From: Octopus bimaculoides
Taxonomy: Eukaryota
Direction: 5' to 3'
Length of the DNA stretch: 50,995 bases
NCBI RefSeq assembly: GCF_001194135.2
Contig: NC_068981.1
Span: 161,547,283 to 161,598,277, forward strand
The position numbers and the translations under genes were made by a program. Shown in pieces: positions 24,241 to 35,205 of the stretch. Below the pieces are notes generated by a model, which was not told the origin of the DNA, made no database searches, and saw nothing but the letters and a program-made list of their open reading frames with translations. Within the stretch, counting starts at the first letter, position 1, and every line of letters begins with the position of its first letter.

Positions 24241-24277
24241 TGTTTCTGACGAAGAACTTTGCTCGAAACGTAAAACG
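24241..24277 (+). ncRNA. Minimal type I hammerhead ribozyme with intact core (Penelope-type tail)
   Basis: TGTTT-CTGACGA-A-GAAC ttt GCTC-GAAA-CG-TA-AAACG. All core nucleotides are present, stem I is 5 bp, and stem III is the zero-loop palindrome ACGT. A T-rich tail like 3265-3350 follows. Confidence 0.75.
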
Positions 24278-25105
24278 ATCTTTCTTTCTTTACCTGAGTG
24301 TCTGCTAATACTTTGCATCTACCACGTCCTCGCGTTGTTGTCTTTTTCTTGTGTTTATTTTTCGTTTTAATGTTTATATGCCAACAGAATATAGCAGTCC
24401 TATAAANNNNNNNNNNNNNNNNNNNNNNNNNNNNNNNNNNNNNNNNNNNNNNNNNNNNNNNNNNNNNNNNNNNNNNNNNNNNNNNNNNNNNNNNNNNNNN
24501 NNNNNNNNNNNNNNNNNNNNNNNNNNNNNNNNNNNNNNNNNNNNNNNNNNNNNNNNNNNNNNNNNNNNNNNNNNNNNNNNNNNNNNNNNNNNNNNNNNNN
24601 NNNNNNNNNNNNNNNNNNNNNNNNNNNNNNNNNNNNNNNNNNNNNNNNNNNNNNNNNNNNNNNNNNNNNNNNNNNNNNNNNNNNNNNNNNNNNNNNNNNN
24701 NNNNNNNNNNNNNNNNNNNNNNNNNNNNNNNNNNNNNNNNNNNNNNNNNNNNNNNNNNNNNNNNNNNNNNNNNNNNNNNNNNNNNNNNNNNNNNNNNNNN
24801 NNNNNNNNNNNNNNNNNNNNNNNNNNNNNNNNNNNNNNNNNNNNNNNNNNNNNNNNNNNNNNNNNNNNNNNNNNNNNNNNNNNNNNNNNNNNNNNNNNNN
24901 NNNNNNNNCTGCAAATTAAGATATATAAATCTCGCTTTATGAGACGCTCTCATATAATAAATTCAAATTACGACAAACGTAAATAAACAAACGAAGTTTG
25001 CTTTTAGAAGCGTTGAGATGTCTTTAGAAAGTTAAATGATTATAAAAAATTCTCAATCGCATAAAGCGAGATTTATATATCTTAATTTGCAGAGGAATTT
25101 GTAGT

Positions 25106-25180
25106 GGGTAGTTTAGCTTAATCAGTCAAAGCATCGTGATATGTAATCTCGGGGATGTGAGTTCGAGTCCATAGCTAGCC
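25106..25180 (+). pseudogene. tRNA-like sequence (Thr-UGU-like, non-canonical)
   Basis: A box TAGCTTAATCAGT, D stem GCTT/AAGC, anticodon loop TATGTAA, B box GTTCGAGTCC, acceptor 7/8 paired. Position 33 is A rather than U and the T stem lacks one base. Confidence 0.55.
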
Positions 25181-25299
25181 ACCTACACTTTTCTCTGCAA
25201 AATAGGGGTAGTTTATCCTGTTCAGGCTATATTATTAGCATTATTCTGCGATTGAGAATTTTTAAAAATCATTTAACTTTTTATATATATATGTATTTA

Positions 25300-27888
25300 T
25301 ATTTCTAATTTACAATATTTCTAGAAGAATTTCTGCCTTAACTTTTTGTACGGAAGTTTTCGATAGGAATGCTGATTACTATAATATCGCTCTTAAAAAG
25401 GCCGGTTACAATAGGAAAATTGAATGTCTAGATATTTCTAGCAATGAATATACTGATAAAACGAAACTTACTAGTAATGGTTATGGATTTGATTTTAAAT
25501 GTCCCAAATCTAAACGGAAGGGTAAGTGTAAATCAGGAAGTGAGCATAACTACTGTGATTGTAATCCTTTAAATCCAGATATTAATGTTCGCAAATATAA
25601 ATATAATTATGTGATAAAAGGTTATAATTCTAAATTGGTCTATAAGGTGAATAATCTAGGTCATTCTAATTTAGTTTTGGACAAGCGTAACATTATATGG
25701 TATGTTATTCCCTATGCCAGTCAATTAAAAAGTAACTTAGTTGGGGCGGTGTATCAATTGTTTTTAAAACACTTCAATAAAAAATTGAAATGTAATGAGG
25801 TTTTGAATCCGAGATCCATTAAGGTTGCTTTTTCGGTCTCTCGGAATTTATCTCAGATTATTTCTTCTATTAATGAAAAGAAATTATCCAGTTTTTTTTA
25901 TCTTCGAGATAACTTCGTTAATACTAGCGTGACTGATTCCATGAGTACCAATGTTAATGACTTTCCTAAAAGCCAGTTTGGTAGCGATAGTTTGAATTCT
26001 TATATATATTTCAATAATAGTGGAGGTAATAGCCTTTCATTTAATGATAATTCAATTGTTGAAGGTGCAAGTAGGGGTGAGAATTTCCTTTGTGATTGTA
26101 GAAAGAAACAAAATTGTTTATTTGGTAATTTTTGTAAGCGTAAGGAAATCGTCTATCAAGCTAAAGTTATTTCTGAAGGTAATGATTACTTTTATATCGG
26201 TTCTTCTGCTAATTGTATTAAGAAGAAGGTTTCGAATCATTGCTATTCCTTTAAGGGACAGAAGTAGGGCTTCTACTAGTTTTAGTAATTTCATCTGGAA
26301 TCTTAGAGATAATAATAAAACGTACTTTATTGAATGGAACATTTGGGGGACGGCCCCGGCTTATAGGATTGGTAATAGGTTCTGCTCTCTTTGTCCTGAG
26401 AAATTATTTCTGATTCTCTTTTCTAGAAGAAGGCTGCTAAACTCTAAATCTGAAAGGGGTTTTTTCTGTGTTCATAGGAATAAATATGTGTTTAAATATT
26501 TTAATTAAATTTGTCTATTATAGGTGTTTTATTCTATCTAGTTTTATTTTGATTTAGTGGTTTTTGATTCTGATAATTTCGGTTTCACCCTTTGTACTTA
26601 GTACTCAAGTTGGTTCCTCTCGCATTGTTTCTTTTATTAAAAAAAAAAATTTTAATCTTTTAATTTTTTTAATTAAAAAAAATTAATTTAATTTTTAAGA
26701 TATTGAATATTCTAATTTTGGTTCATCTGTGATTGGGAGACGGTAGATTTTTACATTTAATTCATTTAATTATCTTACTACCGTTTTGATATTTCTATAT
26801 ATCTATTTATTAGCTGACCCCGTGCCGTTTATAATTGATGGCTAATTGTTATTTAAAAAAGCCACAAAATGAAGTACAGAATATTCACAGATACAAGCGT
26901 GCACATATTTCCCAAGCGCACGCATACACACACACATACTCAAACAAAATTGGAATGATGTCAGTTTTTTTTTATTTTCAGAGTTGTACGTTTCCATTAC
27001 GCACGCACGCACACACACACACACACACACACTAACATTCACATACCTCCCTTTTTCATACACACACATATACACATATATTCGCACAAAGCTGAATGGC
27101 GGTTTTTACTTTTTTCGCCCCTTCCTTTCTCATTCATATGTTGAGAACAGAAGATACACTCCGCGTTCTTCTTTCTCAAACGTTTCTTATTTTCTCTCAC
27201 TCTCTCAGTCATGGCTATTACTCTTTACCTCTCCTTCACTGTTTTACTATTTTCTCTCCTCTCCCTCCACTGATATTACTCTTTCTCTTTCTCCGTTCTA
27301 CTGTTTTACTTGTAGAAGGCTATTTTGTAAACAAATTTTTTTTTCTTTTTTGCTTTTGTTATTTTTATTTTAAATTTTGTTTGATATTATAATATTTTTA
27401 ACTTTGAATTAGGACATTTATTACTTTTTAGTGGGTAATATATCGGTTTGTCGTTATTAATTTAAATTTTTTGATTAGATAACCCTCTTATTTTTGTAGT
27501 TAATTTTTGTTTCATTAAATTTATCTGATTTTTCTAGATATTTACATATCGTGAGTTGTAATGTTAATAAAACGCTGGAGTGTTTTTTACTTAATATATA
27601 TTTTTCTGGTTTTGAATATTTGGCGTTCTAGTTATCTTTCATTCTATCATAATTTGTTCGTTCCCGTCTGGGCTATGAAAGGTCTTTGTATATTTTTGTT
27701 AGTCGTAATTATTCATACCAGTATGTAATTCCTGACGAAGAATCTAATTTTTATGAGGTTTTCGTTTTTGTCTTTGGAATTAATTAGACTCTGAAACAAT
27801 TTGTAGAATAAGTAGAAAGACATATTTTTCAACGCATAAATACTGAACAGTAAATTGAAAGGATAAAATACTTTTAAGAGCAGAAAAA
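25300..27888 (+). mobile_element. Penelope-like element (Naiad-type), 5'-truncated: RT thumb, GIY-YIG endonuclease, long AT-rich tail with hammerhead
   Basis: Open frame about 25302-26267: RRISAL..YNIALKKAGY..RNIIWY..SIKVAFS..CDCRKKQNC..C..IVYQAKV..YFYIGSS..SNHCYSF. One frameshift leads to STSFSNFIWNL..IEWNI..CSLC.EK..LLNSKSE..CVHRNKY* (26508). Confidence 0.85.
27728..27809 (+). ncRNA. Type I hammerhead ribozyme with intact core and 11-bp stem II
   Basis: ATTC-CTGACGA-AGAATCTAATT..32 nt..AATTAGACTCT-GAA-ACA att TGT-A-GAAT. The predicted cleavage is after GUA at 27805. Confidence 0.75.
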
Positions 27889-27922
27889 TTTTTCTGCTCT
27901 CAAAAGGATTTTATCCTTTATA

Positions 27923-29861
27923 CCAGGGTTTTCCGAAAATCCACCCATCCATTAGATCGCCCATGGGCGTTTATTTGGATGGGCGGTTATTTGAGGTTAA
28001 AAGTTGAAACAGAGTTAGTGTTCTTGTTTCCATTCTGTTTAGACGTTCATTTGCTCTACGTCTGTAGATAAATTCAAAGAATTTTTATTCCCAATAATGG
28101 AGTCGAAAGAAAATATATCAAAACGTGTTCAACGATCATATACCATTAGTGATAAATTGAGTGCTATTAAACGAGTGAAAGAACATTCTGGCAATTTATC
28201 TACTGCGTCAAGAGACAGGTATTGATAGAAAACGATTGAGAGAATGATGCACAAAAGAAACTGAGTTAATCCATATGTCAGACAAGAGGAGGCGCAGATC
28301 AATTGGTGGAGGTAGAGGACCAGCACATAGAGATCTAGAGTTTGAACTCTTACAGTGAATTGTTGTTCAGCGTGCAAACAATATAATTGTAAATTGTCGC
28401 CATTTATGGGAATATACTTTTGAATTGGTAAAAAGGTTTGGAATTGAAATGAACAGCTTTAGATGTTCTGATAAATAGATTTTCAATTTCATGAAACGGA
28501 ATAAATTGACTGTGAGAAAGATTACTCATGTTGGTCAAGCAGACAATAAAACACTTAGAGAAAAGGCACAAATCGCCAGTGACTATCTAGATAGCATTCC
28601 AGTATTAATAGCAGATAAGGATACTGACCAGATTTATAATATGGATGAAACACCTGTATACGTTGACATGTTGAGTTCAACAACCATAGACTTTGTTGGC
28701 TATAAAAATGTAGGTGCTAGCCACTGTGGTGCTACCAAAGCTCGTTTTACTGTTGTGTTGTGTGTTAATGTTGCAGGAAAGGTTTTGAAAACAATGATTA
28801 TCCTTAAAGGATTGAAAAACGTGCCCAAAATCAAGGTCCCAAAGAATATTCACTTAAAAGTCTCCAACAGGGGATCAATCACATATGAACTCATGGAGCT
28901 GTGGGCTGACAAAGTGTTTGGGCAGAGAGCAGCACAACAATTCTATGCTAAAAATTCAGTGCTATTCATGGATGAATGCTCAGTGCACAAGAAAACAGAG
29001 CTCCTAGAATTGTTCAAACGTAGGAATACAAGTCTCAAAATTATACCTCCTAAAACAACATCTTACTTGCAGCCGTTAGATGTATCAATTATTGATCCTT
29101 TCAAGGAAGCCCTTTGTGCTGAATGGGAGAATTGGTTTTCAAATGGCAAAAAGGAGTATACAAATAAAGGATATCGCAAAAAACCTTATTATCAAGAGAT
29201 AGTGAACTTTGTGACCCAAGCTGTTGCCACTTTAAATAACGAAACTACAAAGCGTGCTTTTGAGTGTTGTGGAATTACTCCTCGTGGACAGACTGTAGAA
29301 CATAGACTCTTAAGCACACGCTTACAGTATGTTTTGTCTGGCCTTGAGGTAAATTCAACAGATGCACACAATGACAAAATTGAAGATGAGATACAAGTAA
29401 TTGAAATTTGCTCTGATGTGAATTATGGCCAAGCAACAAATGAAGAAATTCGTGATATTTAACTTGAAACTATTCGGTTATTATTCTACCATAAATGCCC
29501 AAGGACATTATTTGTTCATATGAGGCTTCTATCCATGTTTTCAACAGTTTAATTTTCAATATTTCCTAATAGATCCATTGTTAACTTCAGAAAATTTTTT
29601 AATATGCTACTTTTTTTAAGGATGTTTCAGTTTCTTTATGTCTATATATCTGATAACTGAAACGATAGAAGTTTAATGGAATTGTATAAAATAAATATGG
29701 TTTTTGAGAATATCTTTGCTTTTCCTAGGTGAAATATTTTACTTCCATATCACTGCCCATGGGCGCTTATTATAGGTGGGCGGTTATTTAAGCCAAAAAA
29801 TAGTTTTGTAAAACAGAATTTTCCGTTTAAGAGCCCTGGGCGGATTTTCGGAAAACTCTGG
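27923..29861 (+). mobile_element. Full-length pogo-superfamily DNA transposon (DD35D), defective
   Basis: TIR CCAGGGTTTTCCGAAAATCCACCCA versus CCAGAGTTTTCCGAAAATCCGCCCA, with a TA TSD. A subterminal direct repeat GCCCATGGGCG..GGGCGGTTATTT occurs near both ends. Confidence 0.93.
28097..29462 (+). pseudogene. pogo transposase (Brinker/CENP-B-like HTH region plus DDE_1 domain), with one frameshift and three stops in the N-terminus
   Basis: ATG at 28097 (MESKENISKRVQRSYTISDKL). The catalytic motifs NMDETP, FMDECSVH and QPLDVS have 35 residues between the last two Asp. 28491-29462 is open. Confidence 0.9.
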
Positions 29862-30708
29862 TATATACTGTTCAGTTTTTACGTGTTGAAAAATATGTCT
29901 TTCAACTTGTTCTACAATACATTTCAACGCTACAAAAACAAACATAACTTTGTTTACATATGACGTGATTTGTAGAATGTATATTGGTTCTGTACAAACC
30001 TGGATTATGAATTAAAGTTCGTCTACATCTACAATTTTACCTTTCCTTACACTTCATTTATTGTGTTTGCATATACTGAAAATGTATTTTTTATATATAT
30101 ATATATTCTTTACTTGAACTGTACCGGCAGACTTGGATGTTTTGACATCCCTTTGAAGGATTTCGGTCAAATTTATATGTTTATACATATATATGTATAT
30201 ATGTACATATATATATANNNNNNNNNNNNNNNNNNNNNNNNNNNNNNNNNNNNNNNNNNNNNNNNNNNNNNNNNNNNNNNNNNNNNNNNNNNNNNNNNNN
30301 NNNNNNNNNNNNNNNNNNNNNNNNNNNNNNNNNNNNNNNNNNNNNNNNNNNNNNNNNNNNNNNNNNNNNNNNNNNNNNNNNNNNNNNNNNNNNNNNNNNN
30401 NNNNNNNNNNNNNNNNNNNNNNNNNNNNNNNNNNNNNNNNNNNNNNNNNNNNNNNNNNNNNNNNNNNNNNNNNNNNNNNNNNNNNNNNNNNNNNNNNNNN
30501 NNNNNNNNNNNNNNNNNNNNNNNNNNNNNNNNNNNNNNNNNNNNNNNNNNNNNNNNNNNNNNNNNNNNNNNNNNNNNNNNNNNNNNNNNNNNNNNNNNNN
30601 NNNNNNNNNNNNNNNNNNNNNNNNNNNNNNNNNNNNNNNNNNNNNNNNNNNNNNNNNNNNNNNNNNNNNNNNNNNNNNNNNNNNNNNNNNNNNNNNNNNN
30701 NNNNNNNN

Positions 30709-30801
30709 CATATACATCTATACATATACTTGTAAACATATACATCTATATATATACATGTATGTATATATGCATATATGTACATACATATATATGTACA
30801 G

Positions 30802-30848
<47 letters not shown>

Positions 30849-31150
30849 CATATATATGCATGCATGCATGTATGTATGTATGCATGTATGTATGTATACA
30901 TGCATGTATATATATAATATGTAATATGAGATAATAGTTTCACTATTAAAAGTGAAACTACTATCTCACATTACAATAGGGATGTTATTGTTTCACTTTT
31001 GACACAATACTGAAACAGTGTAAGAGATTGCTCTGGGCTCGCATTAGGCAAGAAGCTGAAATTTTTGGGTGCAAGTCACTCAATGGACCTAAGTAGTGCA
31101 TCTGTAAAATTTGAATGAAATCGGTTGGGCAGTTCTCGAGTTTTAGTGAT

Positions 31151-31239
<89 letters not shown>

Positions 31240-31400
31240 TTATCAGTATTATATATATAGATATAATATGTGTGCGTGCGTGTGTATGTGTGTGAGCATC
31301 TATGTATATATATATGTGTCTTTGTGTGTGTGCGTGTGTATGTGTAGATTTTTGTGTGTGAGTATATATGTATAAATGCATGTGTGTATATGTGTGTGTG
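30709..31400. repeat. Compound (CA)n/(TA)n/(TATG)n/(TG)n microsatellite field with a short unique insert
   Basis: Direct reading. Confidence 0.9.
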
Positions 31401-31404
31401 CGCG

Positions 31405-31590
31405 CGTCTTTATGTCTGTCACCTTGACCCTCATCGCTTGACAACCGGTGTTGGTTGGCTTGCGTCTCCATTGCAATGTGGTTCGACAAAAGAGACCGAT
31501 AGCATGAATGCTACACTAAAAATCAAACATAAGATCTGGGGTCGATTTATTCGGCTAAAACCTTTAAAGGTGGTGCTCTAACATGACTAC
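31405..31590 (+). mobile_element. SINE family B, 3' half
   Basis: CGCTTGACAACCGGTGTTGG..TGGGGTCGATTT..AAGGTGGTGCTC. Confidence 0.7.
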
Positions 31591-31735
31591 TGTCCAGTGA
31601 TTGAACATTTCAGTTATCCGACTGCGTTTATGGTGGGATTATCATCTTGAGATATTTCATTAGTTGTATGAAATATTAGTTGCAATATACATAATTTCAT
31701 GTTTCTGTAGCAATGTCATTATGTATGAAACTTAA

Positions 31736-32076
31736 GATGGCGAGCTGGCAGAAATGTTAGCACGCCCGGCGAAATGCTTAGCGGTATTTCGTTTGCCACT
31801 ACGTTCTGAGTTCAAATTTCGCCGAGGTCGACTTTGCCTTTCATCCTTTCGGGGTCGATAAATTAAGTACCAGTTACGCACTTGGATCGATGTAATCGAC
31901 TTAATCCCTTTGTCTGTCCTTGTTTGTCCCCTCTATGTTTAGCCCCTTGTGGGCAATAAAGAAATAAGAAACGTTAGCACGCCGGGCGAAATGCTTAGCG
32001 GTATTTCGTCTGTCTTTACGTTCTGAGTTCAAATTCCGCCTAGATCGACTTTCTTTTCATCTTTTCAGAGCCAATA
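31736..32076 (+). mobile_element. Multimeric SINE family A running into a gap
   Basis: Head, core, linker ..GGGCAATAAAGAAATAAG, then a second unit starting AAACGTTAGCACG. Confidence 0.85.
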
Positions 32077-32511
32077 NNNNNNNNNNNNNNNNNNNNNNNN
32101 NNNNNNNNNNNNNNNNNNNNNNNNNNNNNNNNNNNNNNNNNNNNNNNNNNNNNNNNNNNNNNNNNNNNNNNNNNNNNNNNNNNNNNNNNNNNNNNNNNNN
32201 NNNNNNNNNNNNNNNNNNNNNNNNNNNNNNNNNNNNNNNCATGACTACTGTCCAGTGATTGAACATTTCAGTTATCCGACTGCGTTTATGGTGGGATTAT
32301 CATCTTGAGATATTTCATTAGTTGTATGAAATATTAGTTGCAATATACATAATTTCATGTTTCTGTAGCAATGTCATTATGTATGAAACTTACAGCTACT
32401 GATACAGGTAGTTAAAGAATTGTAAAAAAAAAATTGCTTGAAAAGACAATTTTGAAAAATGCATTCAGAGATGCTGGAGTGGTCGTTCCCGTTGCTTCCT
32501 ATTAACTACGC

Positions 32512-32829
32512 CACTGGTTCCCAAAGTGGGTGGTATTGCCCTCCTGCGGGAAAGGGGGGGGGGTGGAAAGTTCCAAGAGGAGCGTTGAAGAAGAGTGTGG
32601 CGATAACGGGGTAGCGATTCATGTAAAAAGTGGGGCGATAATGGAGTAGCGCTTAATGTAAAAACAAAATAATGGATCCATTAGGTTAAGTTTTATTTAT
32701 TAAATACAGTTGCTTTGAATTTACTTCAGAAAGAGGTCTATGTTTGTGATGGTTGGTTGGTTGTGGGGCGCTAGGAATGTGGTCTGGGTGTCAAGATGGC
32801 GGTAACCCGAAAAAGTCTGGGAAACACTG
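32512..32829. mobile_element. hAT/Charlie-type MITE (318 bp) with perfect 8-bp TSD
   Basis: TSD AACTACGC at 32504-32511 and 32830-32837. TIR CACTGGTTCCCAAAGT versus CAGTGTTTCCCAGACT. Confidence 0.88.
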
Positions 32830-33180
32830 AACTACGCCATTGGTTGTAATCGTTTGGGGAGTAACTTGATCTGAGAGCGTACGTTGAATATGAAATGATT
32901 ACATCATGGAAGAGCCATTTTAGCCATATAAAAACACATTTCTTATTTAAACCTGCCAAATCGTTCTAGATCTCTCTATACACGGGTACACGGTGTAAAT
33001 AACAACTTCTTAAATTTATAATTATTATGAAAGTATTATTTTAATTACATAATAATTATTTAGCTAATTATATATTTTCCATTATGATTTAGCTAGTTTG
33101 ACAAATTACACTTTGGTGTTGAAACATTATAAAGAAAAAGTAGATTTTAGATGATGTGAATTGTTTGAAATATTTACATC

Positions 33181-35205
33181 AGGCGTGTCTGTGTGGTAAG
33201 AAGCTTGCTTCCGGTTACTGCGCATGCGTTGATTCATTTGCTGTTTTTTTTTTTTGAGAGTTGGACAGAATTTTTGTGCTACTTACAGCGGTTTAGAGAA
33301 AATGTATTCAGACGTTAGCGGGTCTGAATTGTCTTCAGCAGAGGAGGAGATGGTGAAGGCGGTGAGAAGAATGGACGAAATATTGGAGAGAACAAGAAGT
33401 TTTTTCTGAGTCGGCGGAGGTGAAGAAAAAGGGTGTAGAGCTGGTTGGACTAAAGGAATATGGNNNNNNNNNNNNNNNNNNNNNNNNNNNNNNNNNNNNN
33501 NNNNNNNNNNNNNNNNNNNNNNNNNNNNNNNNNNNNNNNNNNNNNNNNNNNNNNNNNNNNNNNNNNNNNNNNNNNNNNNNNNNNNNNNNNNNNNNNNNNN
33601 NNNNNNNNNNNNNNNNNNNNNNNNNNNNNNNNNNNNNNNNNNNNNNNNNNNNNNNNNNNNNNNNNNNNNNNNNNNNNNNNNNNNNNNNNNNNNNNNNNNN
33701 NNNNNNNNNNNNNNNNNNNNNNNNNNNNNNNNNNNNNNNNNNNNNNNNNNNNNNNNNNNNNNNNNNNNNNNNNNNNNNNNNNNNNNNNNNNNNNNNNNNN
33801 NNNNNNNNNNNNNNNNNNNNNNNNNNNNNNNNNNNNNNNNNNNNNNNNNNNNNNNNNNNNNNNNNNNNNNNNNNNNNNNNNNNNNNNNNNNNNNNNNNNN
33901 NNNNNNNNNNNNNNNNNNNNNNNNNNNNNNNNNNNNNNNNNNNNNNNNNNNNNNNNNNNNNNNNNNNNNNNNNNNNNNNNNNNNNNNNNNNNNNNNNNNN
34001 NNNNNNNNNNNNNNNNNNNNNNNNNNNNNNNNNNNNNNNNATCCTGCAGGTGGAGGAGAAGCAGCTAGAGAGTCTGGCGGAGACGGTGACGTTGGGAGAA
34101 ATTGTTAAGAGTGTGGGTGGAGGGCAGAGTCTCACGTTGTTTTAAATGTGACCAAAAGGACCACATTAGAGCACACTACAGAAGAAAACAATAGATGAAA
34201 CAACAGACGAACCAGTTGTGGAGACGGAGGAGAAAAGAGAGGAAGAAAAGAAAGACTGAGGAAAGGAGGAAGAATGGGTAGTAACAGAGAGTAGAAGGAA
34301 GAAGAGGAAGAAAAGAAAGAACACTGAGTGTAATGTGGTAACCCAGTCCAACTCCATCCCACCCAAGACCACTCAGACCCACCCGCCTTATACAGACACC
34401 GACCCACCCACCCCCTTTTCCCACAGGAAAAAAAAAGAAAAAGAAAAAAGAGCAGACCACAGAATTTAGAAGACCCCTCCCCCGGTGAAAAAGGTTACGA
34501 AAGATTGTTGTCATTGAGCGATAACGAGAGCGGAAATAGAAGGACTAGACCAGAGACTAAAAAGGAATTAGGATTTAGAGGCAGCGAGTGGTGTTACTCA
34601 GTGTGGGATGAGTGACACACTCTTCATATTTTCATTTTCAGATATCATGCATGTTATCATAACCTTAATTTATTTTCTCATGTTCATTTTCACGTCACTC
34701 ATAGTATCATATATTATTTTTACATATTCTTAATTGTTATATGTCCCCCACATGTTTTGTAGTGTCCCCTCTATGTTATGCCTTTATGGCAAAATATTGA
34801 AATAAAGAAGCTTTCTTCTCAACTACATGGCTCCAGGTTCAGACTCACTGAGTGACACCTTGAGCGAGTGTCTTCTATTATAAGCCTCTGGCCGACTTAG
34901 ACACTGTGAGTGGATTTGGTAGAGGGAAACTGAACGCAGCCCGTCGCACATATATATATATATATGTATATATTTATATGTATGTGTTTGTCTTTGTGTC
35001 TGTGTTTGTCCTCCCACCATCGCTTGACAACCGATGTTGGTGTGTTTACGTTCCCATAACGTGGCGGTTCGGCAAAATGGACCGATAGAATAAATACTAG
35101 GCTTACAAAGAATAAATTCTGGGGTCAATTTGTTCGACTAAAAACCCCTTCAAGGCGGTGCTCCAGCATAGCCACAGTCTAATGACTGAAACAACTAAAA
35201 GAATA
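33181..35205 (+). mobile_element. SINE family B split in its tRNA head by the 33213-34804 insertion
   Basis: The head 33181-33212 resumes at 34805 with (AAGAAGCTT..)CAACTACATGG and continues to the AAAGAATAAAAGAATAA tail. Confidence 0.82.
33213..34804 (+). mobile_element. ORF1-only Tx1/L1-derived retroelement (HAL1-like) with 15-bp TSD
   Basis: ATG at 33302 (MYSDVSGSE..); after the gap ILQVEEKQLESLAETVTLG..VEGRVSRCFKCDQKDHIRAH (knuckle), then a K/E-rich tail and about 190 nt ending AATAAA. TSD AAGAAGCTTGCTTCC/AAGAAGCTTTCTTCT. Confidence 0.78.

Noticed and set aside
25106-25180. Functional tRNA-Thr gene
   Set aside because: It lacks U33, has a mismatched anticodon stem and a T-stem deletion, so it is kept only as tRNA-like.
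25302-26508. Selenocysteine-recoded Naiad ORF
   Set aside because: No in-frame TGA occurs at the conserved Cys positions in the visible part, and I could not identify a SECIS.
33198-33212. General targeting of SINE heads by all Tx1 copies in the window
   Set aside because: The three other Tx1 pieces (10-12 kb, 38-40 kb, 42 kb) are truncated and show no such junction.
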